Below are positions 8,887 to 17,559 of a DNA stretch of 32,000 nucleotides, in pieces. Both the position numbers and the translations under genes were made by a program. Source of the DNA: Gynuella sp. (GTDB lineage: Bacteria; Pseudomonadota; Gammaproteobacteria; Pseudomonadales; Natronospirillaceae); NCBI GenBank assembly GCA_028282465.1, contig JANQHX010000021.1, positions 2,437 through 34,436 on the forward strand, given 5' to 3'. A model generated the notes under the pieces. It was not told the DNA's origin. It ran no database searches and saw only the letters and a list, made by a program, of their open reading frames with translations. The stretch's first letter is position 1. Each line of letters begins with the position of its first letter.

Positions 8887-11091
8887 ATGTTAAAAAAAAT
8901 TCTGCGTAATCATCAAGCGGTTGTACTTGGGTTACTATTTACTGCCTTAACCTGTTGGTGGCAGTTGCATAATGACCCCCGCGAGCCGTCATTTCTAAAC
9001 CGTCTGGATTACATCCTCTACGACTGGCGGCTTAACTCCACTGGCTTTGCCAACAAACACCCTGACCACAATATTCTTATTGTAGACATAGACGAACGCA
9101 GTCTTAAGGTAGAAGGGCAGTGGCCCTGGGCCAGAACCAAGGTTGCAAAGCTGGTGCAGAAACTCTCAGAGCAAGGGGCCATTGTAGTCTCCTTCGACGT
9201 ACTGTTTTCTGAGCCAGAGCAGCATCCCTTGGAATTTATCTCTAATCTGGCTGAAGCCGAACCAGAGCTGTTAGCTCAATTAGAACAGTTTCGACAACAA
9301 TCAGATGGCGACCAACTGCTGGCACAAGCCTTTCAGCAAATGGACGTAGTACTAAGCTATTTACTCAGAGAAGAGCCAAACACAGTGGGTGCCCTGGGTC
9401 CCATTGTGGAAGAAATGACGGCAGAGCTCTCCAGCCGGAGCATTCTTCTCAAGGCTAATGGCTACACCGGCAATATTCCATTACTGGCCGACAGCGCTAT
9501 TTCCAGCGGCTTTTTTAACCCCACCCCCGACCCAGATGGGGTGATTCGCAGCGTGCCTTTGGTGTGGCGAATAGGTGATAAGGTGTATCCGTCACTAGCG
9601 CTGGCAACTGCCATGACCTATCTGTTTCAGGATGAAATCCATATAAAAAGAGTGGCGGTCGGCGACTTGGATTTTGTCGAAGGCATTCAATTTACCAAAA
9701 AGCTTATTAAAACCGACTCTCAAGCCAGGGTGATTGTGCCCTACATAGGCCCCAGAGATTCCTACACCTATGTGTCGGCCACCGATGTCTTAAATGACCA
9801 GGTGGATCTCTCTATTATGGAAAACGCCGTGGTAATGGTGGGCACCACAGCAGTGGGGTTATTCGATCTGAGAACCACACCGGTGGGCACTGAATACCCA
9901 GGAGTAGAAGTGCACGCCAATGTAGTGAATGCTCTTATGTCTGGTGATTTTCCCTATGCCCCAGATTGGAGTGACGCTGCAGTATTTGTTTTTCTATTAC
10001 TCATCGGCATTATTTTCTCTTTTGTGTTGCCAAAGTTTGGCCCAGTGGTGTTATTTTTATTTTCAGTGTTTGTACTGGTGATTTTAATCATCACCAATTT
10101 TTGGCTCTGGCAAGAACATAAACTGGCCTTGCCGCTAGCCAGCAGTTTAATTCTGTTATTTACCCTCAGCGTCATCAATTTAGTCGAAGGTTTTTGGCGT
10201 TCTACCCAAAGCCGAAGAGAAGTCACCGAAATGTTTGGCCAGTACGTGCCCCGAGCTCATATTGACCATATGCTAGAAGCGCCAGATGACTATGGTTTTG
10301 ACGGCGAAAGTAAAGAGCTCACAGTGTTGTTTTCTGACATTAGAAGCTTCACCACCATTTCTGAAAAGCTGTCGGCCATTGAATTAAAATCCTTATTAAA
10401 TCGCTACTTCACTCCCATTACCGAAATTATTTTTAATAACCGAGGCACCATCGACAAATACGTCGGCGACATGGTGATGGCATTTTGGGGCGCACCTTTA
10501 GACGATGAAAATCATGCCGAAAACGCTCTAAAAGCCACCATGGAAATGCTCGAAAAAATAGAAGCCTTAAAACCCGAATTTGTGGCAGACGGCTTACCAG
10601 AAGTGAATGTGGGTATTGGTTTAAATACCGGCCCCATGAACGTAGGCGATATGGGTTCAAACTTTCGCCGGGCTTATACCGTGTTAGGTGACGCTGTTAA
10701 TCTTGGTTCAAGATTAGAAAGCCTAACTAAATTTTACGGCGTGCAATGTTTAGTAGGGCCAGACACCAAAGACCTATGCCCCAATTATGCATTTCGCTTT
10801 GTAGATAAAATAATAGTGAAAGGCAAAGACGAACCCATTCAAGCCTGGGAGCCTTTGTGCCTAGAAAAAGATTTATCAGAAGATTGGCAAACCGAACTTA
10901 AACAATTTGAACAAGCCTATGAAAACTATGCTAACCAAAACTGGCAAGATGCTATTGAGCAACTGACACAATTAACAACCACTAGCCCAAGGCCATTTTT
11001 GTATCAAGTTTATTTAGACCGCATTGAAAGTTTAAAAGCACAAGACCTGCCTGAAGATTGGGATGGCACTTTTAGGCATACTTCGAAATAA
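8887..11091 (+). CDS. CHASE2 sensor domain-containing adenylate/guanylate cyclase (class III)
   Basis: N-terminal TM, a periplasmic region of about 330 aa, then a cluster of TM helices (residues ~360-440). A class III cyclase domain follows (LTVLFSDIRSFTTISE, YVGDMVMAFWGAP, GIGLNTGPMNVGDMGS, YTVLGDAVNLGSRLES). Confidence 0.85.
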   Translation: MLKKILRNHQAVVLGLLFTALTCWWQLHNDPREPSFLNRLDYILYDWRLNSTGFANKHPDHNILIVDIDERSLKVEGQWPWARTKVAKLVQKLSEQGAIVVSFDVLFSEPEQHPLEFISNLAEAEPELLAQLEQFRQQSDGDQLLAQAFQQMDVVLSYLLREEPNTVGALGPIVEEMTAELSSRSILLKANGYTGNIPLLADSAISSGFFNPTPDPDGVIRSVPLVWRIGDKVYPSLALATAMTYLFQDEIHIKRVAVGDLDFVEGIQFTKKLIKTDSQARVIVPYIGPRDSYTYVSATDVLNDQVDLSIMENAVVMVGTTAVGLFDLRTTPVGTEYPGVEVHANVVNALMSGDFPYAPDWSDAAVFVFLLLIGIIFSFVLPKFGPVVLFLFSVFVLVILIITNFWLWQEHKLALPLASSLILLFTLSVINLVEGFWRSTQSRREVTEMFGQYVPRAHIDHMLEAPDDYGFDGESKELTVLFSDIRSFTTISEKLSAIELKSLLNRYFTPITEIIFNNRGTIDKYVGDMVMAFWGAPLDDENHAENALKATMEMLEKIEALKPEFVADGLPEVNVGIGLNTGPMNVGDMGSNFRRAYTVLGDAVNLGSRLESLTKFYGVQCLVGPDTKDLCPNYAFRFVDKIIVKGKDEPIQAWEPLCLEKDLSEDWQTELKQFEQAYENYANQNWQDAIEQLTQLTTTSPRPFLYQVYLDRIESLKAQDLPEDWDGTFRHTSK

Positions 11092-11099
11092 ATAGTTCT

Positions 11100-14039
11100 T
11101 TAAGATTCATAGCGTGTTTCTATCAGTTTTCCTTTTAGATTGCTCAAATAGACTTGGTAGTATGACTCCATAAGTTCAGCTAGTTTTTCATATTCGTCAT
11201 TGCGTCCAAGTTGATAGCCCGCAGCAAAGTTTACAAAGTCCAGGTCTTTTAATTGCTGAACCATCACCTGATCAAGAAAATCAAACCATCCTTTGATTGA
11301 AGCCGATACCTCACAAGAGAAAGCATCGAACATTTCTTTGGCAGAATTAAATCCTATTCGGACATAATTGTTTCCAATTATTTGAAAAACGCCCATGCTT
11401 GTTGCTTGGTATGCCGCTTCTTCGTTAAGGCTACGGGCGAATTCAAATACCTCCCATTCTTTTCGTTGTTGACCATGAAAGTACTTCCAGTCTTCCTCAA
11501 CAGTTTTTCTCCATTTATGGCCTAACCAAACCTTGCTTGAGTCGTATTGAAAATGTTGGTTATATAAATCAGTGTTTGTTTTACCCCAATATTTCCAAAA
11601 TAAGTGATTTTCAAAACGTATTTTTAAACGATCTGAGTTGGTTTTATCTAGCTCTTCATCGTTAGATATCGAGCACAAAACAGCGAGGATGCAGCCTAAA
11701 TCAATTGCTGTTTTATTGCTGATTTGGAATATGAGTTTGCCGTATTTATCCCAGATAGAAGTCAGCTTGTTTATTTTATCCTTGTCCACAAAATCAGATT
11801 TTATTTCAGCAGGTTTAACCCGACTATTTTTGCCGATAGTAACTGTTAGTTTTCTTGGCCGACCCTGTTCATCCACGTTGTTTTCATCCCATTCCGCAAT
11901 GGAATCTTCATTGCCAAGGTTTTCCCAGATTTCCTTAAACATCATTAACGGGAAAATTCTGTCGTTTGTGTCTTTGCCCCAGAGCCACTTATACAATCGT
12001 GGGTCGGCTGGGTATTGGTTGCCGGGTTGGCCGGTTGAGTTGCTTCTTGCGAAGCCGGGTTGGTTTTCTGAGCAAATTATTTGGGTGTGGTATGCAGCCT
12101 CATTTTCAACCCACTCTTCAACAATGGCCGGGCCTTCCAAATCCTTGTAAAAAGTTTTTAAACACTTGCCAGTGGCTAGATCCCAGAGCTTGAGAGTGTT
12201 ATCAGTGCTTCCGGAAATGAATCGCTGGTCATCCACCATCGCCGCGCTGGTAACCGGGCCTCCATGGCCCACAAAGGTTTGTAAACAATTCCCGGTGGCC
12301 AGATCCCAGAGCTTGAGGGTGCGATCATCGCTTGCGGAAATGGCCCCCTGGTCATCCACCACCGCCACGCTGTTGATCCCGCTCCCATGGCCCACAAAGG
12401 TTTGTAAACACTGCCCAGAGGCCAGATCCCAGAATTTAAGAGTGTTATCATAGCTTCCGGAAATGGCCCGCTGGTCGCCCACCACCGCCACGCTGGTGAC
12501 CGATAGTTGATGGCCCTCAAAGGTTTGTAAACATTGAGCGGAGGCCTGATCCCAGAGCTTGAGGGTGTTATCCCAGCTGGCGGAAATAACCCGCTGGTCA
12601 TCCACCACCGCCAGACTGTTGACCGAGTGTTGATGGCCCTCAAAGGTTTGTAAGCACTGTCCGGAGGCCAGATCCCAGAGCTTGAACGTGTGATCATCGC
12701 TGGCGGAAATGACCCGCCGGTTATCCACCGCCACGCTGCTGACCCAGTCTTCATGGCCCTCAAAGGTTTTTAAACACTGTCCGGAGGCCAGCTCGAAGAG
12801 CTTGAGTGTTCTGTCATAACTGCTGGAAATAACCCGTTGGTGATCCACCACTACCACGCTGCTGACCCAGTTTTCATGGCCCTCAAAGGTTTGTAAGCAC
12901 TGTCCGGAGGCCAGATCCCAGAGCTTGAGGGTGTGATCACCACTGGCGGAAATGACCCGCTGGTCATCCACCACCGCCACGTTGGTGACCCAGTTTTCAT
13001 CCTCAAAGGTTTGTAAGCACTGTCCGGAAGCCAGATCCCAGAGCTTGAGAGTCTTATCACGGCTTGTGGAAATGACCCGCTGGTTATCTACCACCGCCAT
13101 GCTAGTGACCGAGCCTTGATGGCCCTCAAAGGTTTGTAAACACTGCCGGGAGGCCAGATCCCAGAGCTTGAGGTTAGCACGGCTTGCGGAAATGACCCGC
13201 TGGTCATCTACCACCGCCACGCTTGTAACCAGACCTCCATGGCCCTTAAAGGTTTGTAAACAATTGCCGGTGGCCAGATCCCAGAGCTTAAGGGTCTTAT
13301 CACGGCTTGCGGAAATGACCCGCTGGTCATCCACCACCGCCACGTTGGTGACTGGGCTTTTATGGCCCTCAAAGGTTTGTAAGCACTGTCCGGAGGCCAG
13401 CTCCCAGAGCGTGAGGGTCTTATCACGGCTTGCGGAAATGACCCGCTGGTCATCCACCACCGCCACGCTGCTGACCCAGTTTTCATCCTCAAAGGTTTGT
13501 AAGCACTGTCCGGATGCCAGATCCCATATCTTTAGAGTGTTATCATCGCTTCCGGAAATGACCCGCTGGTCATCCACCACCGCCACGCTGGTGACCGAGT
13601 CTCGATGGCCCTCAAAGGTTTGTAAACACTGCCGGGAGGCGAGATCCCAGAGCTTGAGGGTGTAATCATCGCTGGCGGAAATGACCTTCTGGTGATCCAC
13701 CACAGCTACGCTGGTGATCGAGGCTTGATGGCCAAGCCTAGTTAGACTTGGCAGCGATGTTTTTAGGTTAGCTGGGGTGTGCCATGGCACTCGCGTTTTT
13801 GATGTTGTGGAGTCACTTTCATTAAACCGAGCAAAATAATGCTCGGAGTAGGCCAGCGGTGTGCCCTCAAGGTTTGCCGGTGTTAAATCAAGCCCGCGAA
13901 TATAAGAACCGCTTAGATCCAGCTTGGAATAGTCCAATGTCTCAGCTCCAACAGTTGCTAAGCCGATAGGCTGAGCAGATTTGTATTCCGGGTTTATTTT
14001 TTTAACTAAAAGAGAAAGCGCCTGTGCGGTTTTATCCAT
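11100..14039 (-). CDS. WD40-repeat (13 blades) protein fused to a C-terminal DUF3380/N-acetylmuramidase-like domain
   Basis: 979 aa with no signal peptide. Residues 103-631 form 13 tandem 40/41-aa WD units (GHxxxVxSVAVVDDQRVISASxDxTLKLWDLASGQCLQTFE). Residues ~760-979 carry IRFENH, WLGHKWR, FHGQQRKEWEVF and SMGVFQIIG, about 50% identical by eye to the C-terminus of the 16202..17542 product. The ATG at 14039 overlaps the upstream KAP gene stop by 8 nt. Confidence 0.85.
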   Translation of the reverse strand: MDKTAQALSLLVKKINPEYKSAQPIGLATVGAETLDYSKLDLSGSYIRGLDLTPANLEGTPLAYSEHYFARFNESDSTTSKTRVPWHTPANLKTSLPSLTRLGHQASITSVAVVDHQKVISASDDYTLKLWDLASRQCLQTFEGHRDSVTSVAVVDDQRVISGSDDNTLKIWDLASGQCLQTFEDENWVSSVAVVDDQRVISASRDKTLTLWELASGQCLQTFEGHKSPVTNVAVVDDQRVISASRDKTLKLWDLATGNCLQTFKGHGGLVTSVAVVDDQRVISASRANLKLWDLASRQCLQTFEGHQGSVTSMAVVDNQRVISTSRDKTLKLWDLASGQCLQTFEDENWVTNVAVVDDQRVISASGDHTLKLWDLASGQCLQTFEGHENWVSSVVVVDHQRVISSSYDRTLKLFELASGQCLKTFEGHEDWVSSVAVDNRRVISASDDHTFKLWDLASGQCLQTFEGHQHSVNSLAVVDDQRVISASWDNTLKLWDQASAQCLQTFEGHQLSVTSVAVVGDQRAISGSYDNTLKFWDLASGQCLQTFVGHGSGINSVAVVDDQGAISASDDRTLKLWDLATGNCLQTFVGHGGPVTSAAMVDDQRFISGSTDNTLKLWDLATGKCLKTFYKDLEGPAIVEEWVENEAAYHTQIICSENQPGFARSNSTGQPGNQYPADPRLYKWLWGKDTNDRIFPLMMFKEIWENLGNEDSIAEWDENNVDEQGRPRKLTVTIGKNSRVKPAEIKSDFVDKDKINKLTSIWDKYGKLIFQISNKTAIDLGCILAVLCSISNDEELDKTNSDRLKIRFENHLFWKYWGKTNTDLYNQHFQYDSSKVWLGHKWRKTVEEDWKYFHGQQRKEWEVFEFARSLNEEAAYQATSMGVFQIIGNNYVRIGFNSAKEMFDAFSCEVSASIKGWFDFLDQVMVQQLKDLDFVNFAAGYQLGRNDEYEKLAELMESYYQVYLSNLKGKLIETRYES
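12147..13733 (-). repeat. Intragenic tandem repeat array (13 units of 120/123 bp) encoding the WD40 blades
   Basis: The motif AGATCCCAGAGCTTGA (or close variants) recurs near 12178, 12300, 12423, 12546, 12669, 12789, 12912, 13032, 13155, 13275, 13398, 13518 and 13641. An exact 42-nt duplicate occurs at 12987-13028 and 13473-13514. Confidence 0.9.
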
Positions 14040-15981
14040 GGTTACTATCCACTAATTGCTCTCCTAAATTTTGTATTCGCTCTAACACCCTGGTTGTTTT
14101 ATAAAATTCTGTCAGTTGAATGGCTGAAGTAATATCGGCTAAGTCTTCTAGCCATTCAATATCGGTAACCAGGGTTTCATTTGAAGTCATATATTCTTCA
14201 GACCTAAATAGCTCTAGCCATTCATGAAAAACTGGGTCTGGTAACTTTTTATGGCGCCATTCTTGTCGCCTAATAAAATCTCTTCTTGAACTTATGTCTG
14301 GCAGCATAAAACCACTTTGTAGCTCCCCCAGATCAACATTCGAAATAGTTTCTAAGTGGTCTTCATTAATGATTTGAACAGGAGCTTTATGCTTTTGAGT
14401 TTCAATAGCTTGATTTTTTAAATACAGGGCCTCGAATTGGTTTAAAGCTTCATCATCAGTAATAGGGTTAGATTTAATTTCATTACCGTGAAAGGCTGCA
14501 AGTGGGTCTATGCTGTAGCGGTTTCGTTTGGATTCACGGAGTAAGTTTTTAAACTGATGCCAAGCCAGTTGATATTCACTGACGGTTATTGGGCTGGTTG
14601 GATTCTGAGTGCCTTCCAAAGCCTCTTTATTACTTTTATCCACCTCTTCAACGATTGTCTGGGCCTCGAATCTATAACTCATTTTGCATTCAAACAACCA
14701 GTTGTATACCACTTCATTAGACCTGAGCAGGCGATATAAGCTGGAGAATTGCTGTTCTAAAATAGTAATTCTGGCTAGATGTTCTAAGTGCTGGTCATGC
14801 TGGTTAATAAATTCTTTGCCGCCTTCTAGGTTTTGAATGGTATCTCGCTTGAGTTGTATGGCTTCTGCGGCTCGAATAAGTTTTCTAGGTACAGGTGGAA
14901 TGGCTTGGTTAAATAAATTCAATAAGGGTAGATTTAATTTAGTTTCTGCATGTTTATCCTCTGGTTGTTCGTCTTGGCGATCATCTATTTGACTAGCTTT
15001 TTGGGCATCTTCTGCTTTTTCTTCAACTACAAAAAGGCTTGGGTAATGTTCAATTAAATAAGCTTGGGTTTGGTTTTGTGACCACCTAGGCAAATGAATA
15101 GGAATATGAACAATCTTTTCTAAATACTCTGCGCCGGTAATAGGTGGGCTGATATTGGAGTCTCGGTCTTTTTCTAAAAAGTAGTCTTTGTATCTATGGT
15201 TAATGCCTCGTTCAACCACTTCGTCGTCTACGGCTAGCACAAAGGCAAAATTATTAATATTTAAAAATAGTTTGATGGATTCAAGCATTTGTACTGCGTT
15301 ATCTGGCAGGCATCTGTCCAAGTCATCTACAAGTACAATAATTCTAATTTTGAGTTTATCGTCGTCAGGTGATTGGGTGAGTTGTTCAAGTGATTCAAAG
15401 GTACCGTAATACATGGACTCCATCTTTTTAGTCGCTTCATTTTTCTTAGCGTCAGAAGCTGCCGCTGATTCTAGGCTGTCTTTGCCACTGAATTTGATGA
15501 CACCAAAATCAAAACTCAAACCAGTTGCGACAGATCTCGTTAAATCAGCAATGGTTTCACCGGTTTTTATTAGCAAGGATTTAAGTTGGTCAGTAACAGC
15601 CCTTGTTAATGTCAAGGCATGGCTTTCGATCTTGCTTTGATACTTTTCTAACTGGTTTTCAATGGTTTTTAACAGAGGAATGATTAAAAAGTCTTCCTGC
15701 TCGTATTTCCAAGGGGAGAAAAACACAGGAATATTGATATGCTTTATCGAGTTGTCTTCAGTATTTGAGTCTTGCCAGATTAAATTTTCAGATTTGGAGT
15801 AGTGTTTTTCAATCTGTCTTAGGTGCCAGGTTTTACCTATGCCCCATTCACCATAAACAGACACCACCAATGCTTCACCACTGGCTTTGTGGGGAAAACT
15901 GGTATTAATAACATCACAAATGTTACTGACGATTTCGCTAGAAACATCACTGGAAACGTTAGCGGTATCCGAAACGGGCAT
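14032..15981 (-). CDS. KAP-family P-loop NTPase (soluble form)
   Basis: Walker A is VYGEWGIGKT. It is followed by FFSPWKYE, and the Walker B region is IIVLVDDLDRCLPDNAVQMLESIKLFL..FAFVLAVDDE. This is the hallmark KAP arrangement. No TM insertion is seen. A helical C-terminal region of about 330 aa has unknown function. Confidence 0.8.
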   Translation of the reverse strand: MPVSDTANVSSDVSSEIVSNICDVINTSFPHKASGEALVVSVYGEWGIGKTWHLRQIEKHYSKSENLIWQDSNTEDNSIKHINIPVFFSPWKYEQEDFLIIPLLKTIENQLEKYQSKIESHALTLTRAVTDQLKSLLIKTGETIADLTRSVATGLSFDFGVIKFSGKDSLESAAASDAKKNEATKKMESMYYGTFESLEQLTQSPDDDKLKIRIIVLVDDLDRCLPDNAVQMLESIKLFLNINNFAFVLAVDDEVVERGINHRYKDYFLEKDRDSNISPPITGAEYLEKIVHIPIHLPRWSQNQTQAYLIEHYPSLFVVEEKAEDAQKASQIDDRQDEQPEDKHAETKLNLPLLNLFNQAIPPVPRKLIRAAEAIQLKRDTIQNLEGGKEFINQHDQHLEHLARITILEQQFSSLYRLLRSNEVVYNWLFECKMSYRFEAQTIVEEVDKSNKEALEGTQNPTSPITVSEYQLAWHQFKNLLRESKRNRYSIDPLAAFHGNEIKSNPITDDEALNQFEALYLKNQAIETQKHKAPVQIINEDHLETISNVDLGELQSGFMLPDISSRRDFIRRQEWRHKKLPDPVFHEWLELFRSEEYMTSNETLVTDIEWLEDLADITSAIQLTEFYKTTRVLERIQNLGEQLVDSNHG

Positions 15982-16201
15982 CTTTAAATGAGTCCATCCT
16001 TGAGACTACATGAGTATTCAATTGCTGGCGTCTAAATTCAATGGTTTCAAACCAATAAAGTCATGAGTTTTTCATTGATCCAAAACTAATTTGGTTGATG
16101 TTTGCTGAGCTAGTATGGGTATCTGCGCATTATCCGTTAGCAGTCAAAAAATAAGCCTGCTAAATTGCTATGACTGAAAGAAAATACAAGGAAATGTGTT
16201 C

Positions 16202-17542
16202 ATGTTTGCCAAGGTAACCGCGTCTGCGCTCAATGTACGATCTGTGCCCAAGGCCTCAGGGAAAATTTTGGGTGTCCTTCACAAGGATCAAGTCATCCGC
16301 ATAGAAGGTGAGGAGGGCAGTTGGAGCCAATTAGCTTATATGGGTCAAACTGGATTTGTGGCAACAGAGTATTTGACGTTTGAATTTGAAACGGATCAAT
16401 TAATGGGCAAAGTGACTGCCTCTTCACTGAATGTCAGGCCCGACCCTTCAACCTCGAATGAGCCTATTACAAAACTGGATAATGGGGTAGAGGTGAGCGT
16501 TTTAAAGCAGGTGGAGGATTGGTACGAAATAGCACTGCCGGATTCCACAGGTTTTGTGTCAGCCAAGTTCATTGACGTCAGTATCCCTGACCAACCCAGC
16601 TTGATTTTGGTGAATGCTAGTAATTTAAATGTTCGTTCTGGGCCTTCAACTGACCATGAAATTATCGGTTCAGTTGACCAGGGCACTCAATTAATCAAAG
16701 TGTCAGACAATAATGATTGGATTGAAGTTCGGTTTAATGATGAACCTGGGTATGTGCATTCTGATTTTGTAAAACCATTTAGTGGCACTGCCAAGAAACC
16801 AAGGGCAAGACGTACCCGTCTAATCAATTCAACAAGCGCCTCATCGACTGACAGCGCATTGGAACCAGACACTCAGCTGTTAATTGAAGGGGACAAAACC
16901 CAGAAAAAGGTGGCTAGAACCTGGAATAGCTTTGGTGGCATTTTACAAAAGCTCAGTTCAGATTTTGGTTTTGAAGCTGCCAGCGCAATAGCTGTGCTTT
17001 GTGTTGAAAGTTCGGGTAAGGGTTTTCAAAAAAGTAATGACAACCGCATGATCATTCGTTTTGAAAACCACAAGTTTGACGGTTATTGGGGTGAACAGAA
17101 TTCAGAATTATTTGATCAGCATTTCAAATACAACAAGAAGGGTAAGAAATGGCTGGGTCATGAGTGGCGAGAAACTACCAACGATGAGTGGAGTCGCTTT
17201 CATGGCAAACAAAGAAAGGAATGGGAGGTGTTTAATTTCGCAAGACACTTAGACAGTGATGCGGCCATGATGTCTATTAGCATGGGAGCTCCCCAGATTA
17301 TGGGTTTTCATTATAAACGACTGAATTACTCATCAGTGGCTGAAATGTTCGATCAGTTTTCCACTGACATGGCGGCGCAAATTGAAGGATTGTTTCGTTT
17401 TCTGGATAAACGAATGATAAAGGCATTAGTGGAAAAAGACTTTGTGGAGTTTGCTCGCTGGTATAATGGTGCTGGACAAAAACAAAAATATGGCGGCTGG
17501 ATTATGGATCATTATCAGGCCTTTAAATCTTTAGCGAATTAA
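16202..17542 (+). CDS. Three SH3b domains fused to a DUF3380/N-acetylmuramidase domain (endolysin-like)
   Basis: Three SH3_3-like units are present (ALNVRSVP...GFVATEYL; SLNVRPDP...GFVSAKFI; NLNVRSGP...GYVHSDFV). After a basic/Ser-rich linker the domain carries AVLCVESSGKGF, IRFENH, SMGAPQIMG and FARWYNG. The track starts at GTG 16196. ATG 16202 has better spacing to AAGGA (16187-16191). No signal peptide was found. Confidence 0.8.
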   Translation: MFAKVTASALNVRSVPKASGKILGVLHKDQVIRIEGEEGSWSQLAYMGQTGFVATEYLTFEFETDQLMGKVTASSLNVRPDPSTSNEPITKLDNGVEVSVLKQVEDWYEIALPDSTGFVSAKFIDVSIPDQPSLILVNASNLNVRSGPSTDHEIIGSVDQGTQLIKVSDNNDWIEVRFNDEPGYVHSDFVKPFSGTAKKPRARRTRLINSTSASSTDSALEPDTQLLIEGDKTQKKVARTWNSFGGILQKLSSDFGFEAASAIAVLCVESSGKGFQKSNDNRMIIRFENHKFDGYWGEQNSELFDQHFKYNKKGKKWLGHEWRETTNDEWSRFHGKQRKEWEVFNFARHLDSDAAMMSISMGAPQIMGFHYKRLNYSSVAEMFDQFSTDMAAQIEGLFRFLDKRMIKALVEKDFVEFARWYNGAGQKQKYGGWIMDHYQAFKSLAN

Positions 17543-17559
17543 TTTTAAAAAGGGTAATC

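Noticed and set aside
12166-13665. Five additional ORFs in the track (12166..12453 +, 12176..12763 -, 12851..13060 -, 13168..13665 +, 13208..13492 -) with repetitive translations.
   Set aside because: They are alternative-frame or antisense read-throughs of the WD40 repeat DNA. Their periodic sequences simply mirror the 120/123-bp repeat, and they lie wholly inside the well-supported 979-aa gene.
12147-13733. Regular ~123-bp periodic repeats that could be mistaken for a CRISPR array or satellite.
   Set aside because: There is no repeat/spacer alternation. The whole unit is conserved and in frame, encoding canonical WD40 blades. No cas genes are present.
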